From a virus (lineage: Duplodnaviria > Caudoviricetes): a DNA stretch of 64,000 nt. The stretch spans positions 128,001-192,000 of IMG/VR virus record IMGVR_UViG_3300038679_000051. The stretch is one strand, 5' to 3'. Made by a program: the position numbers and the translations under genes. The notes beneath the pieces were generated by a model that did not search any database, was not told the origin of the DNA, and worked only from the letters and a program-made list of their open reading frames with translations. Positions 38,464-46,449 of the stretch are shown here, piece after piece (within the stretch, counting starts at the first letter, position 1; each line of letters starts with the position of its first letter).

Positions 38464-40193
38464 TCGACCACCTCCGCCGTCACCGTTAGATCATATCCAA
38501 TGCAGCACACAGTTTTATCTAGATTTACTTGTATATCTAATCTCATCGTCCCAGTTCCAATGATTATTATTGATGCATTACCCATGTCTGTTATTGCCAA
38601 TATTCCTTCGGGGTCTTGTGTCATCTCGTCTTCCAGACAGGTCGGTATTATGTTAGATCTTATTGAACATGGTTCTATTTTAAATTTTGTGTGCTCATCA
38701 CAGTAATTATTGTTATTCAATGCGATTGTTATTTTCGTTTTGGATTTATTTAAAATAATTTCTTGCCGATACTCGTGCATTTTCCCATTTATTGAACACT
38801 GATACGTATTCGATGTCGTTTCACCATCGAATATCATCAGGTCAGTTCTTGGTTGACAATCACACGGACATTCATCTGTTTCAAATCTGATGATTTTAGG
38901 CACATCGCCTTCTACTGGACATGAGTCGCCGACATTTGCGCACCAAAATAAGTCTTGTTGGCAACATTGTTCTGGTGGGCGTGGATCTTTTAATATGTTG
39001 AAAGGTATTACACCACCCTTTTCTTCTGCCTGGATGTCATCCTGCCAATCATATGTCGCTATTGGAAATCTTAGTCTATCAGCACATTGTTTCATTGGCG
39101 TCCAGAATGGTAAATTAAGCACTGGTTCGGATATTGCCGAAAGAGATAATGGCTTGATAGTGACAATGTCTTTACATTCCCTGGACGTCTCCAATATTGC
39201 TACCCATAATGCTCTCTCTACTATGTCAAGCGGTAGCCCATAAACCGGCGTCAAACCATAAACGCAGGATCCCTCAGTTACTGCTTGACGTTTATATAAT
39301 ATGTCTGAAGAAGTCGATGATTTCCTAACGTTTATCACTGCATTAGTAGAGACTATCCCTAGATCATCAATCCATTTTAATTTAGTTTGTAGAAAATTTA
39401 GCCCATTCGGCCCAGTTTCACCCTTTGGGCCGATTTGTCTGGTTTTAAAATAATGCTTGTCGTATGAACCTAACGACAACTTAATTGTTGCCTCGATCGT
39501 CCACACATCCTCAGTTTTCGCTATCTTTATTGTTGGATTTTCACTTATTATGGTGCTTTTAGTATAATTCTTTATGGTGATGTTGTCAGCGTTAGTGCCA
39601 TCCGTTTCAATTAATATCTCAGACGTTTTTATGTCATATTTGTTATATAATCGTATCGAAATAGGCGTATCAATTGGTATGTTGACGTCGACAGTGAATG
39701 TTGCCTCGACATTAGAAATGAATTTCGGTATGATTCGTCTTTCTTTAGGTGCCGACATACCTGGCCAACCCTGATCGCCCTCATATCCAACATCTCCCCG
39801 TTCCCCGACACATACGTTCCTGAGGATTTTTTGATATAATCTACCTCTATCGACTTCACATCGCAATGTCTCTCGTGTCTCACCATAAAATCTTATTAAA
39901 TCATCTGACGAATTAAAATAATAAAAATATGATGGCATCATTATTTCAGTCTGGAATTTGATCAAATTTAATTGATTTTTATACTTATTGATCAATAAAA
40001 TTCTATCATATAATTTAGGATATATTAATCCATTGGTTTCTTCGTTGACATTAGGCGGTGTTTTGATTACCCCTTTATTGATAAAGGAATCTGATTTCTT
40101 ATTATATTCATATATCACCCCTTCGCTATCAGCGTATTGCCCACCATCGATGAGGTTTCCATCAAATGGTGGAAGTTTGCATGATTTGGCCAT
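38460..40193 (-). CDS. virion fibre-associated protein, paralog of the N-terminal half of 34105..38463
   Basis: Shared YFYYFNSSDDLIRFY, LRNVCVG, QIGPKGExGPxGLNFLQ, EPVLNLP.WTP, CCQxDxFxCANVGD. Confidence 0.7.
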   Translation of the reverse strand: MAKSCKLPPFDGNLIDGGQYADSEGVIYEYNKKSDSFINKGVIKTPPNVNEETNGLIYPKLYDRILLINKYKNQLNLIKFQTEIMMPSYFYYFNSSDDLIRFYGETRETLRCEVDRGRLYQKILRNVCVGERGDVGYEGDQGWPGMSAPKERRIIPKFISNVEATFTVDVNIPIDTPISIRLYNKYDIKTSEILIETDGTNADNITIKNYTKSTIISENPTIKIAKTEDVWTIEATIKLSLGSYDKHYFKTRQIGPKGETGPNGLNFLQTKLKWIDDLGIVSTNAVINVRKSSTSSDILYKRQAVTEGSCVYGLTPVYGLPLDIVERALWVAILETSRECKDIVTIKPLSLSAISEPVLNLPFWTPMKQCADRLRFPIATYDWQDDIQAEEKGGVIPFNILKDPRPPEQCCQQDLFWCANVGDSCPVEGDVPKIIRFETDECPCDCQPRTDLMIFDGETTSNTYQCSINGKMHEYRQEIILNKSKTKITIALNNNNYCDEHTKFKIEPCSIRSNIIPTCLEDEMTQDPEGILAITDMGNASIIIIGTGTMRLDIQVNLDKTVCCIGYDLTVTAEVVE

Positions 40194-40378
40194 ACAGTTT
40201 TCCTCTTCCTATATATATATTTCCATCTGCGTTTAGATTTTCATCTTATTCAATATAGACCATCTCCTACCATCTGCGTCCCATAGGGCAAGCCAATAAA
40301 TCACAAAACAACCATGATTTTGGTTAATGCATTATGGGTATACCATAAAATAAATCACAATAATCATTTAGCACCAAG

Positions 40379-40811
40379 CAGCATAATGATAAATATGCTG
40401 GGCTTTTCCCAATCACATTGGCTAAATGTGATTGATTGTATGCCTTAATTGCTAAATGATTACATGGTTTTATGGTATGCAGATGTTTAAATCTTAAAAA
40501 ATCACCCAATGTCTTGCATAGGATGATTTTACCGGTGGAGGCCCATCTGCCCACATGTTTCTTGGGAAACATATGGAAGGAGAAACATCCTCCCGTCCGC
40601 GCATTACGCGCAGGGCGCTTTTCATGGCCAGGCTGTAAGATGGTTAGACTCACCTGGGGGCCTCTGTCCCACACTGGGTTTCTCCCGTCCTTTGGTCCGG
40701 GGTCTGCGTATCGTGCAGATGACGTGCCGTTCTCCCGTCGGTTTTTCGACCACATGGTCATGGTGAACCAATGATGATGCATTCGATTACGGCGTCTCAT
40801 CATCATTATTC
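40379..40811. ncRNA. candidate structured non-coding element (RNA or origin), family unknown
   Basis: GC-rich island in an AT-rich genome with many stems (40410-19/40425-34; 40551-61/40566-76; 40537-44/40658-65; 40770-79/40798-807) and 3x CTCCCGTC. Strand unknown. Confidence 0.45.
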
Positions 40812-40823
40812 GATTTAAACCAT

Positions 40824-40951
40824 TTTTAATCTTTTAATCTTTTAATCTTTTAATCTTTTAATCTTTTAATCTTTTAATCTTTTAATCTTTTAATCTTTTA
40901 ATCTTTTAATCTTTTAATCTTTTAATCTTTTAATCTTTTAATCTTTTAATC
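40824..40951. repeat. perfect tandem repeat (TTTTAATC)x16
   Basis: Counted directly: 128 bp, no spacers. Confidence 0.97.
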
Positions 40952-41020
40952 ATCTCTCATCTCTGAATCTTCAATACTTAAATATTAGCAAAAATAAAAT
41001 GATGAAAAGGAGAAAAGAAA

Positions 41021-41386
41021 TTGATGAAAATCGCAGTTGACATAGATGATACTATTGTTAAACAAGAAGAGGATTTTGACATTACTGAATTTGGTATTCC
41101 ATTGCCCAATGCTATTGAAGCACTTAATAAATTGCGTCTAAATGGTTGGACTATTATTTTACATTCTTGTCGGACCACGCCGGATGTTAACCCAGGATAT
41201 GATCTAGAAATATTGAAGATGAATGTAATGATGTGGGCAGATGAAAATGGTGTACCATATGATGATGTTTGGGTTGGTGAAGGTAAACCATTGGCTGATG
41301 TGTATTTAGATAATAAGGCCATGGAATTTCATGGTGATTGGAAATTGGTCATGCAGAAATTAGAAGCGCTTCAGGAGGATCAATGA
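41021..41386 (+). CDS. HAD-superfamily phosphatase (small, capsule-phosphatase/NT5-like)
   Basis: KIAVDIDDTI, ILHSCR, GKPLADVYLDNK. Confidence 0.85.
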   Translation: MMKIAVDIDDTIVKQEEDFDITEFGIPLPNAIEALNKLRLNGWTIILHSCRTTPDVNPGYDLEILKMNVMMWADENGVPYDDVWVGEGKPLADVYLDNKAMEFHGDWKLVMQKLEALQEDQ

Positions 41387-41664
41387 TGGGTCTCTTTGGA
41401 TTTCTTAGAAAAACGCCGAATATTCCTGCCCCAATGGTGATCGAATTACACATCACCGGGTCTTTGGAGATCAAAGGTGACCTACAGCGAGATTACGGCG
41501 AAAAATTTAAGTCGTTGGGAGTTTCCCAAAGAGACGATAGACAAATCAAGTCATCTGAGGGAAAGCTTGCTGACGCCATCGCTGCACAACAACTCACTAA
41601 CCTCAAATTGCAGTTTGAAGGACAGAATACGATTGCTGGTCTTGGCCAAGAAGCGGATCAATAA
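41383..41664 (+). CDS. small hypothetical protein upstream of the actin-like gene
   Basis: AGGAGG SD before ATG 41383. Confidence 0.6.
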   Translation: MMGLFGFLRKTPNIPAPMVIELHITGSLEIKGDLQRDYGEKFKSLGVSQRDDRQIKSSEGKLADAIAAQQLTNLKLQFEGQNTIAGLGQEADQ

Positions 41665-41737
41665 CGTTGAAGAGAAACGTAAACTGGCGGATGTGCTTTC
41701 GAGAATTAGGCGAATTAGCTTTAGGAGCGGAAAAGCG

Positions 41738-42754
41738 ATGAATTTTGGATTAGATGTAGGGACCAAAAACGTGGTATTGTCTTATCGAGATCAAAGTGGT
41801 AAGATAAAAAGACGTCATGAAATCAATGGATTTTGTAAATTAAACAACGGCGATGGATTGTCTAAGCAGTTATTGACGCAGAACGGCATACCGTTCATTG
41901 AATGTAAGGACAATTTAATAGCATTAGGCGCACGTGCTGAGGAATTGTCCTACGCTTTTAATCAGCCATTACAACGACCAATGGCTGATGGAGTCGTAAA
42001 TGGTGATGAAGATGAAGCCATCAACATCATGTCCACTATTATCAGGTCGTTATTACTTGGCGTCATCGGTGGTGATTCGACGGTTCACTACTGCGTACCA
42101 GCCAAAGCTTTAAATGCTGAATTAAATGTTGCCTTTCATCAGAAAGTGGTTCAGATGATCGTAGATTCGGTCTCATCTAAGGGAGTAAAATTAGATGCCG
42201 TCGCCATAAATGAAGCTCGCGCTTTAGCTTTTAGCCAAATACCCGACAAAACCGCAATAGCCGTTTCGTTTGGTGCAGGAATGGTTAATGCTTGTTATAG
42301 TTTGTTTGGTTTACCAGTGTTTGAATTTAGTCTTGTTGGTTCTGGCGATTGGATTGACCGTGAAACGGCACGAGTGATCAAAGGTGAAACTATGACTTCA
42401 ACATGTCGATATAAGGAAAATAAATTGAAGAATAGAAAATTTACGTTGAAAAAAATGCCGGAAGACAATGTTGGGAAAGCATTATATATTAATTATGGCA
42501 TTCTAATTGAGAATGTCGTCAGAGGATTGGTCGACGGATTCATACAAAATGAAGACAAGGCCAGATTAGAACGACCAATGCCAATAATCTTGGGTGGTGG
42601 AACTGCGATGGTCGATGGATTTCAAGATAGATTTCAAGAGGTCATAAATGATTTAGAAGTACCATTTCAAGTTGGTGAAATTAAGATGGCCGACCCAATG
42701 CTTTATGCTGTAGCTGATGGATGTTTGGTTGCTTCTGAATTACATAAAGGATAA
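41738..42754 (+). CDS. actin-fold ATPase (MreB/MamK/ParM superfamily)
   Basis: Phosphate-1 GLDVGTKN, connect-1 INEARA, phosphate-2 SFGAGM, GDWID, adenosine ILGGGT, connect-2 YAVADG; AGGAG SD. Confidence 0.85.
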   Translation: MNFGLDVGTKNVVLSYRDQSGKIKRRHEINGFCKLNNGDGLSKQLLTQNGIPFIECKDNLIALGARAEELSYAFNQPLQRPMADGVVNGDEDEAINIMSTIIRSLLLGVIGGDSTVHYCVPAKALNAELNVAFHQKVVQMIVDSVSSKGVKLDAVAINEARALAFSQIPDKTAIAVSFGAGMVNACYSLFGLPVFEFSLVGSGDWIDRETARVIKGETMTSTCRYKENKLKNRKFTLKKMPEDNVGKALYINYGILIENVVRGLVDGFIQNEDKARLERPMPIILGGGTAMVDGFQDRFQEVINDLEVPFQVGEIKMADPMLYAVADGCLVASELHKG

Positions 42755-42756
42755 TT

Positions 42757-43176
42757 ATGCGGAAGACGTTTGAAATCAATGATCGTCGTTTCGTCGTAAA
42801 CGGGCCGATCGGCCCGTCTATGGAATTAATCAAACGATTGAAAAAATGGAAAGGAAACATATCAAAAAAAGCGCCAGAAACATTGCCTGGTACGTCATAT
42901 GCAATGATGGAATTGTCAAAAGAGAAGATTAAACCAAAATCATCGAAATTAGCAACATTAATCATACCATTTAGTATGAATGTCAAGGATTTGACAGGGA
43001 AGATTCCAAAATCTTGGATTCGTGGATTGGACGGATCTATGGGGCGTTGTAGAGTCTATCATCGTGGCATGTACAAAGGTACAATTAACGTAAAGTCCAT
43101 TGACACTAATACGGTCTCCTGCGATGAATTAAAAAAACAGAAAATCCCAATTTATGTAAGAGGCGTCCACAGTTGA
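42757..43176 (+). CDS. small basic hypothetical protein
   Basis: 139 aa, Lys-rich, directly after the actin gene. Confidence 0.6.
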   Translation: MRKTFEINDRRFVVNGPIGPSMELIKRLKKWKGNISKKAPETLPGTSYAMMELSKEKIKPKSSKLATLIIPFSMNVKDLTGKIPKSWIRGLDGSMGRCRVYHRGMYKGTINVKSIDTNTVSCDELKKQKIPIYVRGVHS

Positions 43177-43183
43177 AGTATTT
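43176..43183 (+). promoter_or_regulatory. putative phage promoter element AAGTATTT
   Basis: 8 nt upstream of the SD-less ATG at 43192. Confidence 0.45.
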
Positions 43184-43191
43184 AATGACTC

Positions 43192-44541
43192 ATGGTTGAG
43201 GAATTTGTTCATCTACACGTTCATTCATTATTTAGCGTTCTGGACGGAATATGTTCGCCCAGACAGTATGTCGAAAAATGCATGGAGCGGAAATGGGGTG
43301 CAATAGCCTTAACTGAACACGGCAACATGGCCTCAATACCAGATCTCTATTTTGCTACGAAGGAATTTGGAATTAAACAAATAATTGGTTGTGAATTATA
43401 TTATAATGATGAACATTTAAAATTTAGAAAAATTGTTGATGCAGGTGGTACGATAGGTGATTTAAAAAAATCCGAAGATTTTGTTATAAAAGATTTAGCA
43501 TCTAGAATAACGCGTAATAGGCACATTACCATATTATGTAAAAACGAAATAGGATATCGTAATTTGTTACAAATAATGAAATGCGCATGGGAGATTGGTT
43601 TTTATTATAGACCAAGAACATGGTTTGACATGCTAGATAAACATCACGAAGGATTAATTATATTATCTGGATGCTTGAATGGACCAATTTCATTTGAAAT
43701 TCGTGAACACATGCGACTGACGAGGGAATATGAAATGCTTGGTGATGTACGTTATAAACAGAAAGCCGAAGAACATCTTCTGACTGGCATAAAATTATTT
43801 AAAAAATTCAAGAAGACATTTGGTGATGATTATTATGTGGAATTACAAATGCCAGGCGTGCCTGATGATGAAGAGGTATTTGCCAAATTACATGCATTAG
43901 CCATACAATCAAAGACGAAAGAAGTAATTACAGGTGACAGTCATTATTTGGAACGCAAAGATTTTATCATCCAGAAACTAATGATGGCTGTCGATCAGAA
44001 CGTTACCATTGATGATCCGAATTTATTCCATGTAAATTCAGATGAACAATTTTTTAAAGATCGTGCTCAATTTAGAGAAACATTCAATTCTAAATCATAT
44101 CGTGACAATTGTTCTATTGAGGATTTTGAACGTGCCTGTGACAACACTCTGGAAGTCGCAGACAAAGTGGTGCCATTTATGCTTGATTCTGAACCGAAAT
44201 ATCCATCTATAGAAAATGCAAATGAAATCCTACGTAAGCGGTGTCATGATGCTCTCAAGATGATGAAATTGGACAAAAAAGAATATGTCGATCGATTAGA
44301 ATTCGAATTAAATAGAATAATAAGCAAAGATTTTGCGTCATATTTCCTAATAACTCAAGACATGACCAATTTTTCTCGATCTCATGGGTTAGTCATAGGA
44401 CCTGGCCGTGGGAGCATAGGCGGGTGTTTAGTGGCATATTTATTGCGAATACATACCGTCGATCCATTAAAATGGGGATTGTCTTTCGATAGATTTCTTA
44501 GTCCTTCACGTGGCGGAAAGATGTTAAAGGTTGTTATGTAA
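43192..44541 (+). CDS. dnaE: DNA polymerase III alpha, N-terminal piece (PHP domain to RFLSPSR)
   Basis: HLHVHS, TEHG, GCELYY, RPR, SGCLNG, YVELQ, GDSHY, GPGRGS, FDRFLSPSR; stops before the catalytic PDID motif. Confidence 0.92.
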   Translation: MVEEFVHLHVHSLFSVLDGICSPRQYVEKCMERKWGAIALTEHGNMASIPDLYFATKEFGIKQIIGCELYYNDEHLKFRKIVDAGGTIGDLKKSEDFVIKDLASRITRNRHITILCKNEIGYRNLLQIMKCAWEIGFYYRPRTWFDMLDKHHEGLIILSGCLNGPISFEIREHMRLTREYEMLGDVRYKQKAEEHLLTGIKLFKKFKKTFGDDYYVELQMPGVPDDEEVFAKLHALAIQSKTKEVITGDSHYLERKDFIIQKLMMAVDQNVTIDDPNLFHVNSDEQFFKDRAQFRETFNSKSYRDNCSIEDFERACDNTLEVADKVVPFMLDSEPKYPSIENANEILRKRCHDALKMMKLDKKEYVDRLEFELNRIISKDFASYFLITQDMTNFSRSHGLVIGPGRGSIGGCLVAYLLRIHTVDPLKWGLSFDRFLSPSRGGKMLKVVM

Positions 44542-44559
44542 ATAAAATGAGAGGATGAC

Positions 44560-44955
44560 ATGGACAACGATAGAATTAGGAAATTAATGATCGAAGCGCG
44601 ACATTCGACTTACGTCTTTTATAAGATGTTGTCAGATGATAAAACCAATGACATAAACAAATCTCTTATGGCACCAATGTTGAAGTGGGTGGACGTAGCC
44701 GATGCATTTCTGAATAATGACGAGAAATTAGCATTGACTGATTTAGAAATGATTATAATTGAACCTATGAAAATGTTGGCTGATGCTTGTTCTGCACGTC
44801 TAAATAAGACTATTGAATCACCAGCGATGGAGAAAATAATTGCAGCGACTGATGTCTTTAAACGGAAAAAAGCGTACGTTGAATACATCAACGAATTGTT
44901 CGTTTCTTTAGAAACGATCACTGGAACGAGATACCCAAGAATAAAGGAGGCGTGA
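44560..44955 (+). CDS. hypothetical helical protein
   Basis: 131 aa; GAGAGG SD. Confidence 0.6.
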   Translation: MDNDRIRKLMIEARHSTYVFYKMLSDDKTNDINKSLMAPMLKWVDVADAFLNNDEKLALTDLEMIIIEPMKMLADACSARLNKTIESPAMEKIIAATDVFKRKKAYVEYINELFVSLETITGTRYPRIKEA

Positions 44956-44956
44956 G

Positions 44957-45352
44957 ATGTATGACATATTGATCAGTGGTAAAAAATCTGCGATTGGCAT
45001 TATGTTTTTAAAGGATCGTCAATTAATAAAAAGCATAAGAATTGTGATTTCTAAACCGGAAAATTCCGACGTTAATAAATCGGAATTATTAGGTCTGAAA
45101 TATGCATTGTTGGCTGTAATAAATAAGATGATTCCACTTAATTTACACCTAAATACATATCCACTTAGGTCATTGTCACCAAGGACAAATCCATCAGTAA
45201 ACAAAGAACTGATCTCAGAATTAAGGGAATTATGTTCATCATTTAAAACGGTAAATTTATTAAGATTGCAAGATCATGAATTAATAAACCAGGTAAAGGA
45301 TTTAGCGACGATCACGGTTGATCTGCCAGTCGGAGCGACGGTTATATCTTGA
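44957..45352 (+). CDS. degenerate RNase HI-like protein
   Basis: NKSELLGLKYAL and NKELISELREL...HELINQVKDLA follow the RNase HI pattern; first and third acidic residues not seen. Confidence 0.5.
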   Translation: MYDILISGKKSAIGIMFLKDRQLIKSIRIVISKPENSDVNKSELLGLKYALLAVINKMIPLNLHLNTYPLRSLSPRTNPSVNKELISELRELCSSFKTVNLLRLQDHELINQVKDLATITVDLPVGATVIS

Positions 45353-45863
45353 ATGATAATTCGCCCGGTTTATGAACTTGACCCATATTCAGTGGTCTCT
45401 GACTTGTTACGTCTTTATTCTTTCCTGCGTATTGTCCGGATAGCCATTTCATTAATCCCGTCCTGTCATATGCTGACGCCATATCATCAATTTCAATAAA
45501 AGTTTCATTGTCATTATAGCCAGTGGCATTTATCGGAAAGATTTCATCCTTATAGACATACATCTGATCTGATTCTGGCAATTTATCAAGCATATTGCGT
45601 GGCCAACTGACGATTGATTTCGTACCAGATGGGACATATAAACCTTTGATTGGTCTACCAATGCTGTCGACTATTGACACTGGTGACAAGAAATCATGGT
45701 CCGATTCATGATGAAATGGGCGTCCATTGTTGATTATGGCGGATTTAACCCATACGATTGGTATTAAACATCTAGGGGCATTTTCGAAATTTTTCATATA
45801 GTATTTTTGAAAAATGATAATAAAAGAATGGTCAGATGTCGTATTGATTGCAGCTAAACGCAT
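45342..45863 (-). CDS. hypothetical protein (start probably ~45797)
   Basis: Lone minus-strand ORF filling the gap between plus-strand genes. Confidence 0.5.
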   Translation of the reverse strand: MRLAAINTTSDHSFIIIFQKYYMKNFENAPRCLIPIVWVKSAIINNGRPFHHESDHDFLSPVSIVDSIGRPIKGLYVPSGTKSIVSWPRNMLDKLPESDQMYVYKDEIFPINATGYNDNETFIEIDDMASAYDRTGLMKWLSGQYAGKNKDVTSQRPLNMGQVHKPGELSFKI

Positions 45864-46209
45864 ACGAAACGATCGTCTGTCGGTCGAGTATGTCCAGCGG
45901 TTGAAATATGAAATTGATCAAATAGAAATGCAGGGCGCTAATGAATATTGGATGGATTTAATTAGAGAAGATAAAAAATTTGATCACAATAAAAACGGTT
46001 TGGTGTTGCCGTTTCTGTTGAATATGACGGACATAGATCCAATTATTTACAAACACATTTATGAACTCGATGACAATGGAATTGTTGGTGATGTGGTTGA
46101 TGTTACGTTGGAAGATGGATCTATGGTTTCGTTACCAGCAAAGGCTCATGTCAAAATTGAATCGTTAAGTAAATTGGTTTCTGATCTTAAGATTGGTGAT
46201 GAGATCTGA
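45814..46209 (+). CDS. DnaE-related fragment (duplicate of pre-palm helices) fused to Hint-like C-tail
   Basis: YVQRLKYEIDQI...LVLPFLLNMTDIDPI parallels YVDRLEFELNRI...LVAYLLRIHTVDPL of 43192; ends VTLEDG...H...DLKIGDEI. Confidence 0.75.
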   Translation: MIIKEWSDVVLIAAKRIRNDRLSVEYVQRLKYEIDQIEMQGANEYWMDLIREDKKFDHNKNGLVLPFLLNMTDIDPIIYKHIYELDDNGIVGDVVDVTLEDGSMVSLPAKAHVKIESLSKLVSDLKIGDEI

Positions 46210-46233
46210 CTTAAGATTGGTGATGAGATCTGA
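46186..46233 (+). repeat. exact 24-bp tandem duplication including the stop codon
   Basis: CTTAAGATTGGTGATGAGATCTGA at 46186-46209 and 46210-46233. Confidence 0.95.
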
Positions 46234-46308
46234 TAGAGTTTTCATCCCAGCAAAAGTCAATGTTGGTTTCATGCCACATTTTTGATTGTTATTATGTATT
46301 CATTTTTT

Positions 46309-46449
46309 ATGAAGATAACGGCAATTAATTTTAGGAAAGGAAAAATTAGGGACGTACCCGGTGATAGTTACAATGTCGGTGGGTTCCAAGTCATTCCAGA
46401 AATTGGGATTCCACACCGAATTGAACGTCACCCAGACGTTCCTGACTAG
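46309..46449 (+). CDS. 46-aa ORF: putative true N-terminus of the DnaE catalytic piece
   Basis: Not in track. MKITAINFRKGKIRDVPGDSYNVGGFQVIPEIGIPHRIERHPDVPD*; GTATT at -13..-9; ends 1 nt before the DIDIDY frame. Confidence 0.6.
   Translation: MKITAINFRKGKIRDVPGDSYNVGGFQVIPEIGIPHRIERHPDVPD

Noticed and set aside
40324-40806. 160-aa and 100-aa ORFs in the intergenic region
   Set aside because: Atypical composition, no SD, and overlap with the GC-rich stems; more simply explained as by-products of GC richness, though not formally excluded.
40500-40811. tRNA, tmRNA, RNase P or SRP RNA
   Set aside because: No T-loop GTTCRA with acceptor stem, no tmRNA termini, no GAGGAAAGUCC and no SRP core found on either strand by eye.
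40824-40951. CRISPR array
   Set aside because: 8-bp units with no spacers and no cas genes.
41477-41737. 87-aa N-terminal extension of the actin ORF, or a frameshift fusion with the upstream gene
   Set aside because: The extension overlaps 41383-41664, the actin fold starts at MNFGLDVGT, and ATG 41738 has its own AGGAG SD.
46040-46401. Functional split intein
   Set aside because: No block A Cys/Ser nucleophile and no terminal His-Asn followed by Cys/Ser/Thr; kept only as a degenerate remnant.
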